NCBI RefSeq assembly: GCF_004010195.1
Contig: NC_057718.1
Span: 40,809,748-40,873,747 of the forward strand
DNA: 64,000 bases
Direction: 5' to 3'
Source of the DNA: Chiloscyllium plagiosum
Taxonomy: Eukaryota
This document shows, piece by piece, positions 37,131 to 50,870 of the stretch. The number at the start of each line of letters is the position of its first letter. The stretch's first letter is position 1. Both the position numbers and the translations under genes were made by a program. The notes beneath the pieces are model-generated. The model was not told where the DNA came from. It ran no database searches and worked only from the letters and a program-made list of their open reading frames with translations.

Positions 37131-37485
37131 TTACTTGCTTAATTTCTTTTCATGTTTGTTAATTCAATTGTGTCCATTTTAAATTATTAACATGATAATT
37201 ATCCTTTTGGAATAAAAGATTTGGGAAAATCTACACTGTCTTTAAAGACGTAAAGTATGATTCAGAGAATTGTCAACAGAATGAAGAGCTTTCATATACT
37301 AAGTTGTAGTGGTGTGTGGTGACTGCCTGACCATTTCTGTCACCTGTCTTTGTCTACCTTTACGCATTCTGTCTTCATGAACTCAAAAGCTAAATCTGTT
37401 TGTTCATCTCTCATTCTTACTTTAAGTTTAATCTTTAAACCTATCTCTTCAATGAAGCTTTTAATCACCTGACTTAATATTTCTT

Positions 37486-37588
37486 GATTTCTGAGGAAGG
37501 ATCACTTGACCCAAAACATTAACTCTGATTTCATTCCACAGATGTTGCCAGACCTGCTGAGCTTTTCCAGCAATTTCTATTTTTGTCT
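37486..37588 (+). mobile_element. ~100-bp Penelope-derived mini-element with degenerate hammerhead motif
   Basis: CTGAGGA-A-GGATCA-CT-TGACCC-AAAACATT at 37491-37520; imperfect TSD TTAATAT(T/C)TC(T/C)T at 37474-37485 and 37589-37600. Confidence 0.65.
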
Positions 37589-38202
37589 TTAATATCTCCT
37601 TCTTTGGCTTAGAATCAATTTTGTCAGTGATCCCCGTGAATCATCTTTAACCTCCTCTCTTAAATATTGTTAGGATCCTCTACCATGGACTTTGGTCTTC
37701 CATGTAGGTTTCCCATCTGAAATAACTTCTACTTCTATAATGCTCATAAACAGTGAGATGTTTTACAGGGCTGTGGTAAAGAGTGTGTATCACATAGAAA
37801 GGATTAAGGGAAAATGCTTGTGGTGGAAATATTTGAGGCATTGAGTAAAAACATAATCAAGGAGAAGATTCCTTGGGAGGTTTTTGAAAGCAGGTGATGG
37901 AGAAAATTACAATGAGTAGGGTCTTAGTGGCTGAAGCAACAACTGGTAAAAAGTAAACTAATCTTAGAAGAATGAAGAATGAACACATATGGCTGAATAA
38001 GATCATCAGAGTAATGGAGTGATTTAAAGGTGCAGGGAAAAAAATCTTTAAGTCAAGACTCTGAGGCTCAGGGAGCCACTGGATTTTGCATGAAATTTGG
38101 CTGGGGATAAAGGTAGATACAATTCTTCCAGCATAGAAACAATTTATTCTGAAAATGCTTGCGGGGCAAAATTTGCAAAATAAATATTATAATTATGACA
38201 TG

Positions 38203-38417
38203 TTGGTTTTATCATTGTGTACTTCTTAAATGAATATGATGAAATGTTTTAAAATGTATATCATCATATTAATGCAGCTTCATTAAATCCCCCTACTATC
38301 CTTGACTGGACCTATTCCTACCCTAGTCATTTTGGTTTTATCATTGTGTACTTCTTAAATGAATATGATGAAATGTTTTAAAATGTATATCATCATATTA
38401 ATGCAGCTTCATTAAAT
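38203..38417. repeat. Perfect 86-bp direct duplication flanking a 43-bp spacer
   Basis: 38203-38288 identical to 38332-38417. Confidence 0.97.
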
Positions 38418-39180
38418 TGAAACACAATTTTTCATATGTTTTTCTTAGTTGGTAGAGCATACCCTAAAAACTTAAACTTGCTAACCGACCTCCACAGTAC
38501 AGTAGTTATCAGCTTTCATCATGCTCAATTGACTGTTACAGCAAGTTTTGAAAAGATTTCAGGTTTTCTTTTTTTTTATTTTCAAGTGTTTAGTCTTACA
38601 CATCAGTGCTGGTGAAAATACTTATTGAATTTCAGAAGCCAATTATTTCACAGACTTTCTGGTGTGTTTTGAAGTGTCCTCAAGTAAAAATGCACTGTGG
38701 TGCACCACATTCATTCTCTGCAAGCAGTAGCTACAGCAATAAAAAAAAGCTTACACAATAGCAGCACTGTTAAAATACATCTGGGTCACTTGTAATGGCA
38801 GGGTGCATAAAAACTAAAATACATCAAGATAACAGGAATATTGATCAGTAATCATAATAATGTTGGAAGGTCTCATTCTAAAGGCCTTTACATCATCTTT
38901 GCACAGCATGTTAGAATCTACAGCAATATTTTACTGTAATGTTTTATACAGGTTTTCTACTAGCAAAACAATTATTAAAAACAATTGCATTATGTAATAG
39001 TTCACAATGTTCCAGAAAGCCATTTCAAGATTGTGGGTTTTGATTGACTTCTACTAAGGTCTAATTTTCATAGGATCCCTACTGTTTGGAAGCAGGCCAT
39101 TTGGTCCGTCAAGTCTCAAATCATAGAATCTGAAGAGTAACCCACCCAGACCCATTTTCCTACCCTATTATCCTACTGAA

Positions 39181-39742
39181 GTAGTTGGCCACAGGGTGGT
39201 GGGGTTGTTTGTCCGTTTGAGGGAACATCTTTGGGACATAAGCACCAAACAGCCCCACTGCCCTGTGGCTGAGCACTTCAATTCCTCCTCCCACTCCATC
39301 AAGGACATGCAAGTCCTGGGCCTCCTCTACCACCAAATCCAAGTCACCCAACACCTGGAGGATGAATGCCTCATCTTCTGCCATGGGACCCTCCAACCAC
39401 ATGGCCTCAACTTCACTGGTTTCCAAATCTCCCCTCCCACCACCTCATCCCAGATCCAACCCTCCAAATCCACTTGAACTGTCCCACCTATCCGCTCCAT
39501 CCTCCCTTCTGACCTATCACCATCTGCATTTACCTATCGCCTTCCCAGTTACCTTCCCTGCAGCCCACCTCCCCCGCCTAGTTAACTTGCAGCCCCCTTC
39601 CCCACCCCCACATTCCTGATGAAGGGCTTATGCCTGAAATTTCGACTCTCCTGCTTCTCAGATGCTGCCTGACCTGCTGTGCTTTTCCAGTGCCACACTT
39701 TTCAACTCTGATCTCCAACATCTGCAGTCCTCACTTTCTCCC
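39181..39742 (+). mobile_element. Penelope-like element 3' part (GIY-YIG C-terminus plus terminal repeat)
   Basis: RLREHLWD...PVAEHFNSSSHSIKDMQVLGL...LIFCHGTLQPHGLN; CTGATGA-A-GGGC-TTAT-GCCT-GAAATTTC at 39616-39643. Confidence 0.9.
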
Positions 39743-40619
39743 AGGAGAAGAATTGTTGCTTATGTGCTTCCTGTTCCACTATATAATACTGTCTGTACCT
39801 CCTAGTGAGATGTTGGGAGAGTGGATGTTAAATGCTGCCTGCAACATTCGAAAGACATCATAGAACAAAACACTGTTCATATTATCACTTGCATCTCTAA
39901 AAATATTTTCATAAGCTGTTGTAAAAATTAACACATCTGCATAAAATACTACTCAAAAAAAACTTATGCTATAGCATGTTTCACATCAGCAAATGTTAAA
40001 GTGTGAACTTTTCAGATAAGTAATTTCAAAAAATAATTACAAAGTGGATCTCAAATTTAATCAAAGTGGTAGATTTTAATAACGGCCAAAGAGAAGAGAG
40101 TGATTTTGGTGGAGAATTGAAGAGCTTAGCACTTGAACAAATAAACATATGCAGGAGAAAAGGACTGGAAAAGATTCATTTGACTGAATCGTAGGATGAA
40201 CGGGCTATCTTATAAGGAATGGTTGGGCCTACAGCCAATGGTGTTTAGAAGAACGAGAGGTGATCTTTTTCATCTTTACGGTAATGGTCTAATGATCAAT
40301 TGCTCATCAAATATTGATTAAGTCCATGGGTTAGCTCATTTAATACAGTAAACCATACTACGAGTTGGTAAACATGTAACATCCTCTTCCTTTCCGAGAC
40401 AAAGTTTAATTATTTACAATAACAAGCGGCCCATGAGTCTCTATAATACTGAGGGAAATTGTTGATACTCCCATGTCCAGTGGTAGTGATACTGTCTGAC
40501 ATTCTTGTTTGTGTTTGGGATTTTTTACACAACAGTCTGGGAGGCAGTTTAAAAACTGGAACAGACCTGATTTGTGCTCAGTTTTGTCTCACAGTTGGCC
40601 GTCTTGTGGATGAACAATC

Positions 40620-41050
40620 TAAACTCTCGGTTCTGATGGTATTCTAGCCACTTCAACTGGTTGCCATGTTGCTTCTGTGAGATCCTGGATGCAGACTTGT
40701 TATCCCACTTGTAACTCTGGAAGGTTTTAACATGCATGTTGATCTTCTCTTGCAGAATTACAAACTGTTGTCAAGTTTAATAATTAATCTTTTGGTTATG
40801 AATCAAAATGTTCATGATTCATGGTGATTGAATAACTGCAGAGTGACTCTTGGTGGTGGACATTGAAAGCCTCCACCTACAGTACAAACTGTGTCCTTGC
40901 CACCCTTAGTGCTCCCTCCAAGTATTGTTCAATAAGGAGTAGAACTGATACTGGGGTTGGAGTTGGGGGCAAGTTTTGCGGTAATCAGCAGAAGGCTTCC
41001 TTGCCTGTCTTTGACCTGGTACCATGAGACTTCATGGCATCCAAATTTAA
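40620..41050 (-). mobile_element. LINE APE-endonuclease fragments (CR1/L2 group)
   Basis: Minus SVLLLIEQYLEGALRVARTQFVL*VEAFNVHHQE (GDFN motif region). Confidence 0.6.
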
Positions 41051-41584
41051 TATCGACGTGTCCAGAGCAACTCCCTCCTAAAAAGGGAGCAACTCCCTCC
41101 TATTTTTGCTGTTGTTGGTTCTGTTTCCTAGGTCAATACCAAATGTTCTGTTGGGTTTCATTTATGTTTTGAGAATGTCTGAAGATTGTTACAAGTAAGT
41201 GGTTTGCCAAACCATTTCAGAGAGCAGTTAAGAATCAATCACATTGCTATGGGTTTGAAGTCACATGCACCAAATAAGGATGACAATTGCTTTCCCGAAA
41301 GGACACTAGTGAACCAGATGGGTTTTTTTGGTTTCATCGTCATCATTACACTTGTAATTCCAGATTTTGTGAAATTGAATTCAGATTCCATAATCCGCCA
41401 AGGTGGATTCACCTTCCACATGTCTTGCAACGTATGCGTGTTCTAGTGGTTGCATTAACCATTAGGATTGTACTGATGACCTGTAAGCTTCATCAACCTG
41501 TGAGAATCACTTCAATCTTAAATGTATGGAAAAACCTACAGGCCCTAGATATCTAAAATAAAAACAGGAAGTGCTAGAGACTGC

Positions 41585-41967
41585 CATGTTGGCCCAGATA
41601 ATGCATTGAAGGTGTGAGGTGCCCTGTGTGAGGTTGTCTGTCTGTGCCACAATGTTCAGACTGATTCTAATCTAAAAAAGGGATTTCGTTAAAGTTCACT
41701 TGAGAATGTAACTTTAAGAAAGTTCTGAGATTTACATATGAAAGAATTGAAATCAACATGCCCATTCTAAAAGATGAGGGACTTAACAAATAATCTGGGT
41801 CTTTTTCAATATATAATTTCAGTTACATCTCATTGTAAATTTTTGTTATAATCCTATGATCTTGTACTCGACAACCACATTATGAAGGAGCAGTGCTCCG
41901 AAAGTCAGTGCTTTCAAATAAACCTGTTGGACTATAACCTGGTGTTGTGTGATTTTTAACTTTGTAC
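41585..41967 (+). mobile_element. Penelope-type repeat (second family) ending in a hammerhead-like motif
   Basis: CAC-ATTATGA-A-GGAGC-AGT-GCTCC-GAAAGTCA-GTG at 41876-41910, followed by AATAAACCTGTTGGACTATAACCTGGTGTTGTGTG. Confidence 0.6.
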
Positions 41968-42004
41968 ACAACACATGGGGTATTTAAAAGTAAATTACCT
42001 TGAA

Positions 42005-42372
42005 GACAAGGTACACTTATCGAAACGTATAAGATTCAAGAAGGTACTTAGTATTCAAAAATGCATCTCCAATTTAAGACTGAGATAAGGAGATTTTATT
42101 TTCATTAAGAAGGTCATCAGTGTGTGGCATTCTCACCTCTAACAAGCAGCAGAGGTTGGATCTTCAAATGTATATTAAAGGCTGAGATTAATGGATATTT
42201 GATTAAATAAGGGATTCAAAAATTATGATGTTTGTGGGGGGGGGGAGGAGGGAAATGTTGGTGGTGTGTGGCACAGAAAAGTGGAATTAAGGCTGCAATA
42301 AAATCAAATTGTATGTTGGAGCAGGCTCAAGGGGCTAAATGGCTTACTGCTGCTTCACAGTCTTGTATTCTA
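42005..42372 (+). mobile_element. Old CR1 3' end
   Basis: FKTEIRRFYF..VISVWHS, GGCTCAAGGGGCTAAATGGCTTACT tail. Confidence 0.65.
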
Positions 42373-45300
42373 ATGGGGAGGAGATGCAGAAGACACTTGT
42401 GTTGGAAGAACACAGATTTCCCATTGTGCTATTGGATTGGTGGAGGATTTAGAAATAGGAGAGGATGAGGCTGTGGAAGGATTTCACAAAAGGACATGAA
42501 TCGTAAAATGGAGGCACCATAGGATCTGGACTCAATGTAGATCAGAAATCATAGGGATGAAAAGGTGAATGAAAATTGGTAAAGCTTATGTATAACTAGA
42601 TGAGGACAATTCAAACCTCTGATATCCTGAGTTCTCCTACAACTTGTTGCTACTCTTCTTCTAGAGCTTACATTTGAATTTACTTCCACTATTTTCTCAA
42701 GCTGTGCATAACAACTTATTCAGAATTGGCAGTTCAACTAATTTGCTTCTGCCTTTTTTGTCAATTATTTCGAACGTTTTTCTTCTGGTTAGTGGCCTTC
42801 CCGACAGTAGAAAAAGTGGATGAGATTTCAAAAGCAAGCCAGGTTGGGATTGGAGATGAGCAAGCTATAATTTCGTGTGGCTGGCAATTGTGTAGGTTTG
42901 GAACCACACAGTTGACCCTGAGCCATGTTTGGAGAGCACAGGTTTGGGTAGGAACAGGCACGCCCCTCAACCAATAGTTAGCTAATTACGGGAAATTAGA
43001 GTCAATGTAGGCAAGAAACCTCCATAGTAAGGCCAAACAACAATGTTGAAATCACATCAAGAAAGTGTTGTTCTTCACTATGCAAACAACATCCTGAAAC
43101 CACACTAATCACAACCACGTTGAGGTGGCCTGTCTTTCTCTACATCACAAATCAATAACTTCCACCTTGGCCAGTAGAGTTGTTGATGTGCAAGTGCTGA
43201 AGGACTTCCAATTGTCTCTCCAGTTTCTGGAGCTGTCCTCATTGGGACCACAAGCAGAGCTCTGTTATTAATTGGCCTGACCTTTCAAAAACCCAGGTAG
43301 GTGTGTCCACTATACATCAAAGCCCGAAACAGGTAATAACTCTGGGTTCCTGACCCCAGATTAAAAATGCAGCCTAACTTCTCTGTAAAAACTCTACCAA
43401 AACTGCTCATGGTTTTGCATACCTTCACTGAATTTTCTTTTAACTTTCTTCGTTCTGTGGAAAACAATTCCAGTTTCTCTAATGTGGATACAATCAAAAT
43501 AATCACAACTCTTCCGATTGAATATTATGAACCAGGATGTAAAAAAAGAGAAAGGGTGTACATATTCAAACCATGAACTGATCTGGATTATTTAACTATT
43601 TTGCTAAAATTCCCTAGAGTACATGAATCATGGACTTTTAAAAGACCAAAGACAATGAATGATTTCATGTTGTGTCTAGTTATTTGGAGCCACCTGGCAC
43701 TCGGCTGCATTCTGATTTGTACATTTGTATAAAAGAGAAGTTTACAAAAGAGTTATTTCCTTTCCAGTTCTCGTTTAACACAGAATAATGAGGTACATAC
43801 AGGTTCTCAAACCTAAAATAGTGAAGAATAATTTTGCAGATGTAAGATGAATGTTCTGTAATTTCCTGAAGCAATGCCTTACAAACTTTTTTCCATGTCA
43901 CACAAGAATGTATGCAGAGGCTGTTTAACCACATAATAGTGGATCAAGTTAATATATTTTCAAACGGATGCATGCAATTTAAGGCTTATGCTACTGTATC
44001 ATGTTTAGCTTTGTGACATGTACAGTAATTTAGTGGTCTGGTAACAAAAGAAGCAAGGATTATGGAGCATTTTGATCAGTTAATAGTGGTTAGCAGTAAT
44101 TTATGAAACCAAAGTGTTAAATACACATTGATGTGTTGTAAAAAAAATGCCTGAATGCGGTATAATTTTAGTGACATATTCTTGTTTTTATGTCTGAACC
44201 TGAAAATTAGTTTCTGTGGTTAATTTAACAGGCATGGTAGTAGACTATTTTGATTTTAAAATACATAAATGCTGCAATTATTTGTCAAGTAATTATGCAA
44301 ACCTTACCTGTAACATTGCCTCTGAGGGATGTTGTTATAAAATGTTAATAATGAAAATACCTGTACTGGATTACAGTCATAATTGTCGTGTATATTTATT
44401 TAATATCACACATGAAAGAATAATCAGAAAAGAGAGTGTATTTAAACAGAACAGTATATTTATATAACACGTGGAAAGTTAAATTACTATCATGATTATT
44501 ATGGATGTTAATAATTGGGCAGGAACGTGGAATATCAAAACAATTTTTCCCACATTTGTTTTTGTGCATTTGCAGATTTCCACATCAGCGCAGACATTGT
44601 TTAATTACTCACAGACTAGAAACTGAGCAGCTACATTTTCCAACTATCTTCGAAGTATAATTCCTTATGAAGTACATTTGCTTCTGAATCTGGAATGTAT
44701 TTAAATCCAAATATGGATTTTAACAACACTTATGGCTTACTTTATGACCAGCAGAACTAATTCCATATTTCTTCAAGGCTGCAGCATTGATATAAGACAT
44801 TTCAATCTTTAGAATTTGATTCCTGCACCATCCCCATTACAGACTGTTGGAATGTAAGTAATACTTATCATGTTCCAAAGAATACTTCAAACCCAAAAAA
44901 GTGAACTTACGTCATTAGCTGCACAGAATATCACAAAAAAATCTTAAAATGTTTGGGTCCTACCTATTTTGTAGCACATAAAAACAGCGTTAAAAACTTG
45001 CATTCTGGGTTGTTCTGGGAATGGGGTGGAACTCAGATGTGACAGTTGCCATGAGGTATAATGGGTAATTAATGAGGTGAGCTTGGTTAGAGAGGTCAAG
45101 AGAAACCATTAAACTCGTGTCAACAAACCCTCCAAAGAAACTGGATACAACTCAGACTTTGCCACAAAAAGTAAGATTTGGCCCATTGTCTTTGGTCTCT
45201 AGCACAAACTTCATTTCATCTCATGGTTTCTATCCCTGCCAACTCTCTTAAGCTGAGCAAGTTGCACCTTGATGTTGCGTTTTACCATGAGTCACAAATT

Positions 45301-46859
45301 TGCTCTTTCACCAAGACAGCCTACGGCCTTCTCCACAACTGTAATGATGAGATAAGGAGGAGACACGTCTCACCTTGAATTTTTAACATCATCTTTGCCA
45401 AATGCAATAAATTTCTTCTTAATATTTTTCAGTACATAGGTATTACACTTAAAATAAACCTAGTTAACTAGAACAAAAATGGGCAATCAATTCCAAAGTT
45501 TTTTGAGTTTAAAAAGTCCCATTTTAATACCTACCACTACCAAAAGTAATATAATGTGACAGCAAATGGACATACACACAAAAAATAGCTAACAAAGAGA
45601 AGGGGGTGAGGTGGCCAGCAAGGTAAGGCATGTGCAATTACAAATCTTAAGAGACTCTTAGACTGGATAATGAAAAAAATAAATCCCACTCTTGAGTTAT
45701 TATTCTATTGTCTTAGCAATGGCACGTTTCGCAGAACATGAGTTCTCATTGAACAATGGTTTTTCCAAGTTGATTTTCAAAGATGCAGGTTTCTCCAAAT
45801 GAGACTGAGACTGGCAGAAAGAGAGGAGCTTCTAGTATTCTTTCTGTTTTCAGTCCATGTTGCCTTTCATACCCTTTTCAATCAAAGACTGCTGTTGATA
45901 TATGGTTAATTTGCAGATTCTGTTGTCTGTGTCATTATTTCATTTCATGCCGCACAGTTGCAGGCAACCTTTCATTTTTCAATATGTGCATTTATTATGC
46001 AAGTGTGAGTAAAACAAAATACGTGAATTTCTTAACCCCCCACTGAGTTTCATTGATTCTTGATTAAAATTGCAGTTTGGAGCTCATATTGATCTAACAT
46101 TGCAGTGCTGCTACCTGGCTGTTTTGTGCATACAGACAGGCACCTATCTCATGAATCAGAATTGCATGCATCACAAGGGGGTCTTACTTTGTTCTCTTAA
46201 CACTCACGCACTTTGCACCCTTTGTGAATGCTCACAGCAATTCTGCCTTGCCTCCTCATTAACAACTTACAGACTTACAGCACTTCTATGTTGTCAAGCT
46301 TTCTGGTGCAGACATAGAGCCAAGCAGCCAGTCACATGTGCCAGTGATGAAAAGTCAAGTAGATGGACATATTGCTACATGGCACCATGCAATGTTAACG
46401 TCACACCTATATCATGTACCAGCAAACAGACTGAATGTGCTTCAATAAAGTCATCTTATTTCACAGTCTAAGGGAAGTAATCCTCAATCCTGCAATAGGG
46501 AAGTGGAGAAGTCAGTTTTGAGAATTGGAGGTGATATTTTAAAATGCAGAGGCGACAATAATTGGGAATGCAGCAATTCAATGTATAAGGCTGAGAGACA
46601 ACATAGCATTAGTTACTGTGGATGGGATGGGGTCATCGATGGTCACAACCACTATGGTCTTGACACAGATAGCATTAACTGTGACTTCTTCGTGTGGATG
46701 CTCTTCAGCAGCTGTTGGAGGTTGATGCAGATCCAGGGTGTGCTGGCACATTTGTTCCTCTTCAGTTTTGCTGAGGGGAAGGTGCTGTTTCTCCAGCTCA
46801 ATGTCCTCACCTTCCTCCTCGGAAGACTGCTGCTGCTCTGTCAGCTGTTTGGCATCCAT

Positions 46860-47362
46860 CACATCCTTTCCTTTCCTGCAAATCACAACATCCTAAGATA
46901 ATAAACACATTCTGTGTGGTGTGTCCTGTCAGGTCACTTCAGACTGATGCAAGAATCTTGAGATAATCTACTGTCTGCACCATCATGGCCCTGGTAGAAG
47001 AAAGGGCAGGATCGTACCTATGCTCAGCTTCAGTCAGTGAGTTAATCAGCCCCTATTGTAGAGGGTAGCCTTTTGTCTACTAGCAACCCTCCTTATCAGG
47101 ATTTCACCCCTTGAAATGAAGCAGATATATGAGAGCTATCTAGACATCTTGGCAGTTTCCAGGGCAGCTTATACAGATTTCCAAGATATGAGACCAAGGA
47201 TCACACTTACATTGAACACTGACCCTTTTCTGTTGATCAAATATCTATCGCTATGATATGCTCTTAATGTTATCTGTGCAGTCAGAAGTCCCCTGCAGCA
47301 CAAATATGTTGGCAGAGCCTACCGTCCAGATTGCAGCATTGATCTTGTCACAGGGAAATGAG
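46860..47362 (-). pseudogene. PIF/Harbinger (HARBI1-like) DDE transposase fossil
   Basis: Ordered minus-strand motifs VLQG..DCT (GAIDCTH), INRKG, CD..ILEIC..PGNCQD (PGS.HD), DKGYPL, TEAEHRY...STRAM, GCCDL; acidic tail follows (ORF 46578-46886). Confidence 0.7.
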
Positions 47363-50300
47363 ATGAAGCAGCACAAATTATGTTGGGAACAATGTTGAAA
47401 TATTTGTGGGTTGAAAATTCAGAGATACCACACAGGCCCCCAGTAGCTTGGATGGAGCTGTTACATAAAGTTTGAAGCAGTGTAACCTCTCAAAGCACAA
47501 ATATGCATTAAAAAAATCTTTTAATCTTAAAACTGGCAACCTATAAAACTGGTTTCAGTTGGCTTCAGTCTGCCCCTAGTTTTCTTCTCTTTAGTTTGGT
47601 ATTTGGGTATTTGTTATTAAATCTGATCTTTCCAATTATTTATTATCCAGCTTCGCCTAGGCTGGTTGGCATTTCGTCAATAGTGTGCCACAGTTGCTTT
47701 CTCCCTTCTTGGCCTTTTCCATGTGATTACGATTAAAATTTGAAGTAACAGTGACTTTCAATTAAGAGGCTTTTCATTGGTAAGACCCGCCATAACCTGA
47801 AAATCTGTATCTACAGATGGCCTGTGAAGAGTCTCCTTGTCAAATAGGGAGACTGTACAACATGGCTGCCACTTCCCTGCCCAATTTAATTTCCATTAAC
47901 AGCAGACAACATAACTTGTAGCACCATTGTGGCATGGATGTTTCTCACACTGGAATTTCACTTGTTAATGTTTCAAACTATATTGGTTTGACTTTATTCA
48001 TGAGTGCATCATCATTATTTCTTGACACTAGCTCAGTCAGAGAGCCAACTGTACCAGTATAACTCATGGTTGGCTTGCACTGATGGTTGCAGGGGAATTA
48101 GGGCTTTTCCTTTATTGTGGAAGAAATGTGTTATATTTTGGCATTCATTTTTTACTGAATGTTTATATTATTGTTCAATGTTGTTCTCGTCACTCTGTTG
48201 GACTTGGCCGAACTACCAGGTTCAGCTGGTCCTCCTTTGCATTCACTATAAATGACATTGCCCAAATTTACTCTCAGCAGGGGTAGTTCATATGCTGTGG
48301 ATGAACTCAAAGCCCCGTATACAGTGCCAGCCATCACTCCGAGATGGTCACACTTTTATATATAAATTATACCTTAAGCCCCTATTTTCTGACTGTTACT
48401 GCCAAACATGACTGCTGTAATACACCTAGGACACAAGACCCTCCCTTTTACCTCCAAGGTCATCCTCTGTCCTCTCCATGCCTCTTTATCGATTGTTCAT
48501 GTTCCTGATCGTACTCTCCATTGATTCTAACGTGCCAATTCCATGCAAGAGTCCATTCTCCTGCTCCACCCTCCCATTTTGTCACAGGGTTTAACAAGAT
48601 AATCCCTGGGCTTTACACACAACTGCATAAAGCCCCAGGTGCATGCTACCTTTAAACATCTGCAAACTGGGTGCCATGAGATTCTTGCACAGCACTCACT
48701 TTATCCTGAGGATAGGATTGTATTGAAAACTGTTTCAAGATGAGTAGTCATAGCTTGAAAATATATTACAAGTATGAACCCACCACAGGCTAGCACAATT
48801 GCAAACATGATTGATGCATTCCGTCTACTACCCGGAAATTAAAAGATTGCAGTCCAGCTAATGAAGTGATCCCAAGATTATATTACCCAATCTTGTTGGC
48901 TCCATAAAATACCCCTCACAGAATATTACTTACTTGAGAAGTTCCTGTTATTTTATAGACACACATTAGACTACTGTAGATTAAACTTTCTACAATATTT
49001 CCCTTTTTATATTTGTTTGTCTCTGGGGATACCTTACAGGTATTCTTTATAACTTTAATTGTCTAGCCATTAGGCAGTTAAACCATGTCTTTGTCACATC
49101 TAATGTTGATGGATCTATTAGACTTCTTTCATGGTGGTTGCTCAGTTAGACTTCTGGTTGTTTACTTATTATAATTTTGAGCCTCGGAAGGATCTCTCAG
49201 TCCTCGCTTCTCCCCCTCTCCACGCTCTTGCCCCTCTTGTTTTCCAAATCTTTCCCCAATTAATTTCCACTCTTACCATCTGCACAGCCTCCTCTGTTAC
49301 AGTAAGATTTTCCCCCTTACTCTCTTGACATTTCCCCCATCCCTTCTCACTCCTGTGGGCAAAGCCATTCAAGGATAGATTCGATAAGGAGAGTATGAGA
49401 GTTTAAGGTAGGAACTGAGATAGGTCTTTCCTTCCTAACCTTAGCATATCCGTTTCTCACATTGTTATAACAAGTTTGTTCTTAATTGCTTTTTTAATGA
49501 TGTAATGATATATTGAAGTACAAGCTTGGGGAAAATAATGTTAAATAATACTCCTTTTACTTATGTGGAACATTTTTATAACTTCTGAATTTCGGTATCT
49601 CCAATTTGATTAGATTTTATCTGAACTGAAATGTGTCTCTTTTGGCAATTCTGAGAAGGGGACTAAAATCATATTTCAAAAAGAAATCTACTGTTCAACA
49701 TGGTACCAGAAAGTTATTCACTCTGTACTTAAAAACCCCTCAAGGATGAAACATTAGGTGGAAGCTCAAAAATGTAGTAGGCAATTAAGATAATACCTGT
49801 CTGAGCTCTTGTCATTGATGTACTTAATTTCCCCCAAGATACTAATTTTAAGGCATCATTTAACATATCACTTCTTTCTATCCCACCTGTATTTAATTTA
49901 TGTCACAATAATTTCACTCATCTGGAGAGGTGTCTGGAATTGTTAAAATAAGGAACATTTGATATTTAAAACTCAAACTAATGGACTCACTGGTGAGCTG
50001 AAGACCTTATAAAAATCACTGCATTCTTCAAAGAGAACCTTGGAAAATCATTTGCTGCACAGATCTGATGACAAAGTAGGTGATCATATGCAACACAGAA
50101 GTCTAAGAATACATAGTGCTATAGTGGGTACCAAAAAATTGTTCCAGAGGATGAAAGCTGGTATGCATAAATACATGTAGGAACAAACCACAGTTTAAGA
50201 TGAAGCATTAGCTCAATCACAAAAAATATTTCAAATGCAGATCAGATATCTTAAAAATTAAACTTTGTGAAAACTATAGCAATTACTCATTTATGTGATA

Positions 50301-50764
50301 ATCTTGAGGCCAGCCTGAAATTTCGTGGTAAATGAGGGGCAATAGGTTGCTGCTTTGATGAAAGTGAATGCAATGACAAATTGGCATTAGGAATTTTTAA
50401 GTAATGATGAAAAATGATAGAGCGATATAAAAAAAATCGTAATCTAATTTGACCCGAAAGCAAATGCTAAAATCTTGTAATAGCATGACATAGAAGCAAT
50501 GTAATGTGCTTCAAACACTGAAATCATTATTGGCACTACTGTTCTGGCTCCTTGACAAAAACTATGAAGGAAACCTATTTTTTAAATGTTCACTTTTACT
50601 AAATGTTGTTCTAAATATAAAGTATAAAAAGTCATGATCACGATAAACAATCACAATCCAATAATGCAAAGTACATTTGGGCATTGTTTTAAAAGAAAGC
50701 TCAGAAAAGATTTTAATCAGTGTTTTAGAAAGGTTCAAAAAGGCCCAAAATGCAGGTCACGAAT

Positions 50765-50870
50765 AGGGGGTCTTGTGACACTATGGCAGTTCCCTACTTC
50801 AGAGCTAGTTAATCCGATTTCAAATCCACCTGCCTGGAGGTGTGTTATGTCTGAACAGGTTGATTAAAAT
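50765..50870 (+). mobile_element. Short decayed tRNA-derived SINE-like repeat
   Basis: GGGGTCTTGTGACACTATGGCAG (A-box-like) ... GATTTCAAATCCACC (B-box-like) ... GTCTGAACAGGTTGATT. Confidence 0.4.

Noticed and set aside
43020..43270. Possible RTE RT fragment on minus (HSEEQ...FGLT)
   Set aside because: Too degenerate to call with confidence
44200..44700. AT-rich block with homeobox-like TAAT motifs as a conserved element
   Set aside because: Motifs expected by chance at this AT content; needs alignment
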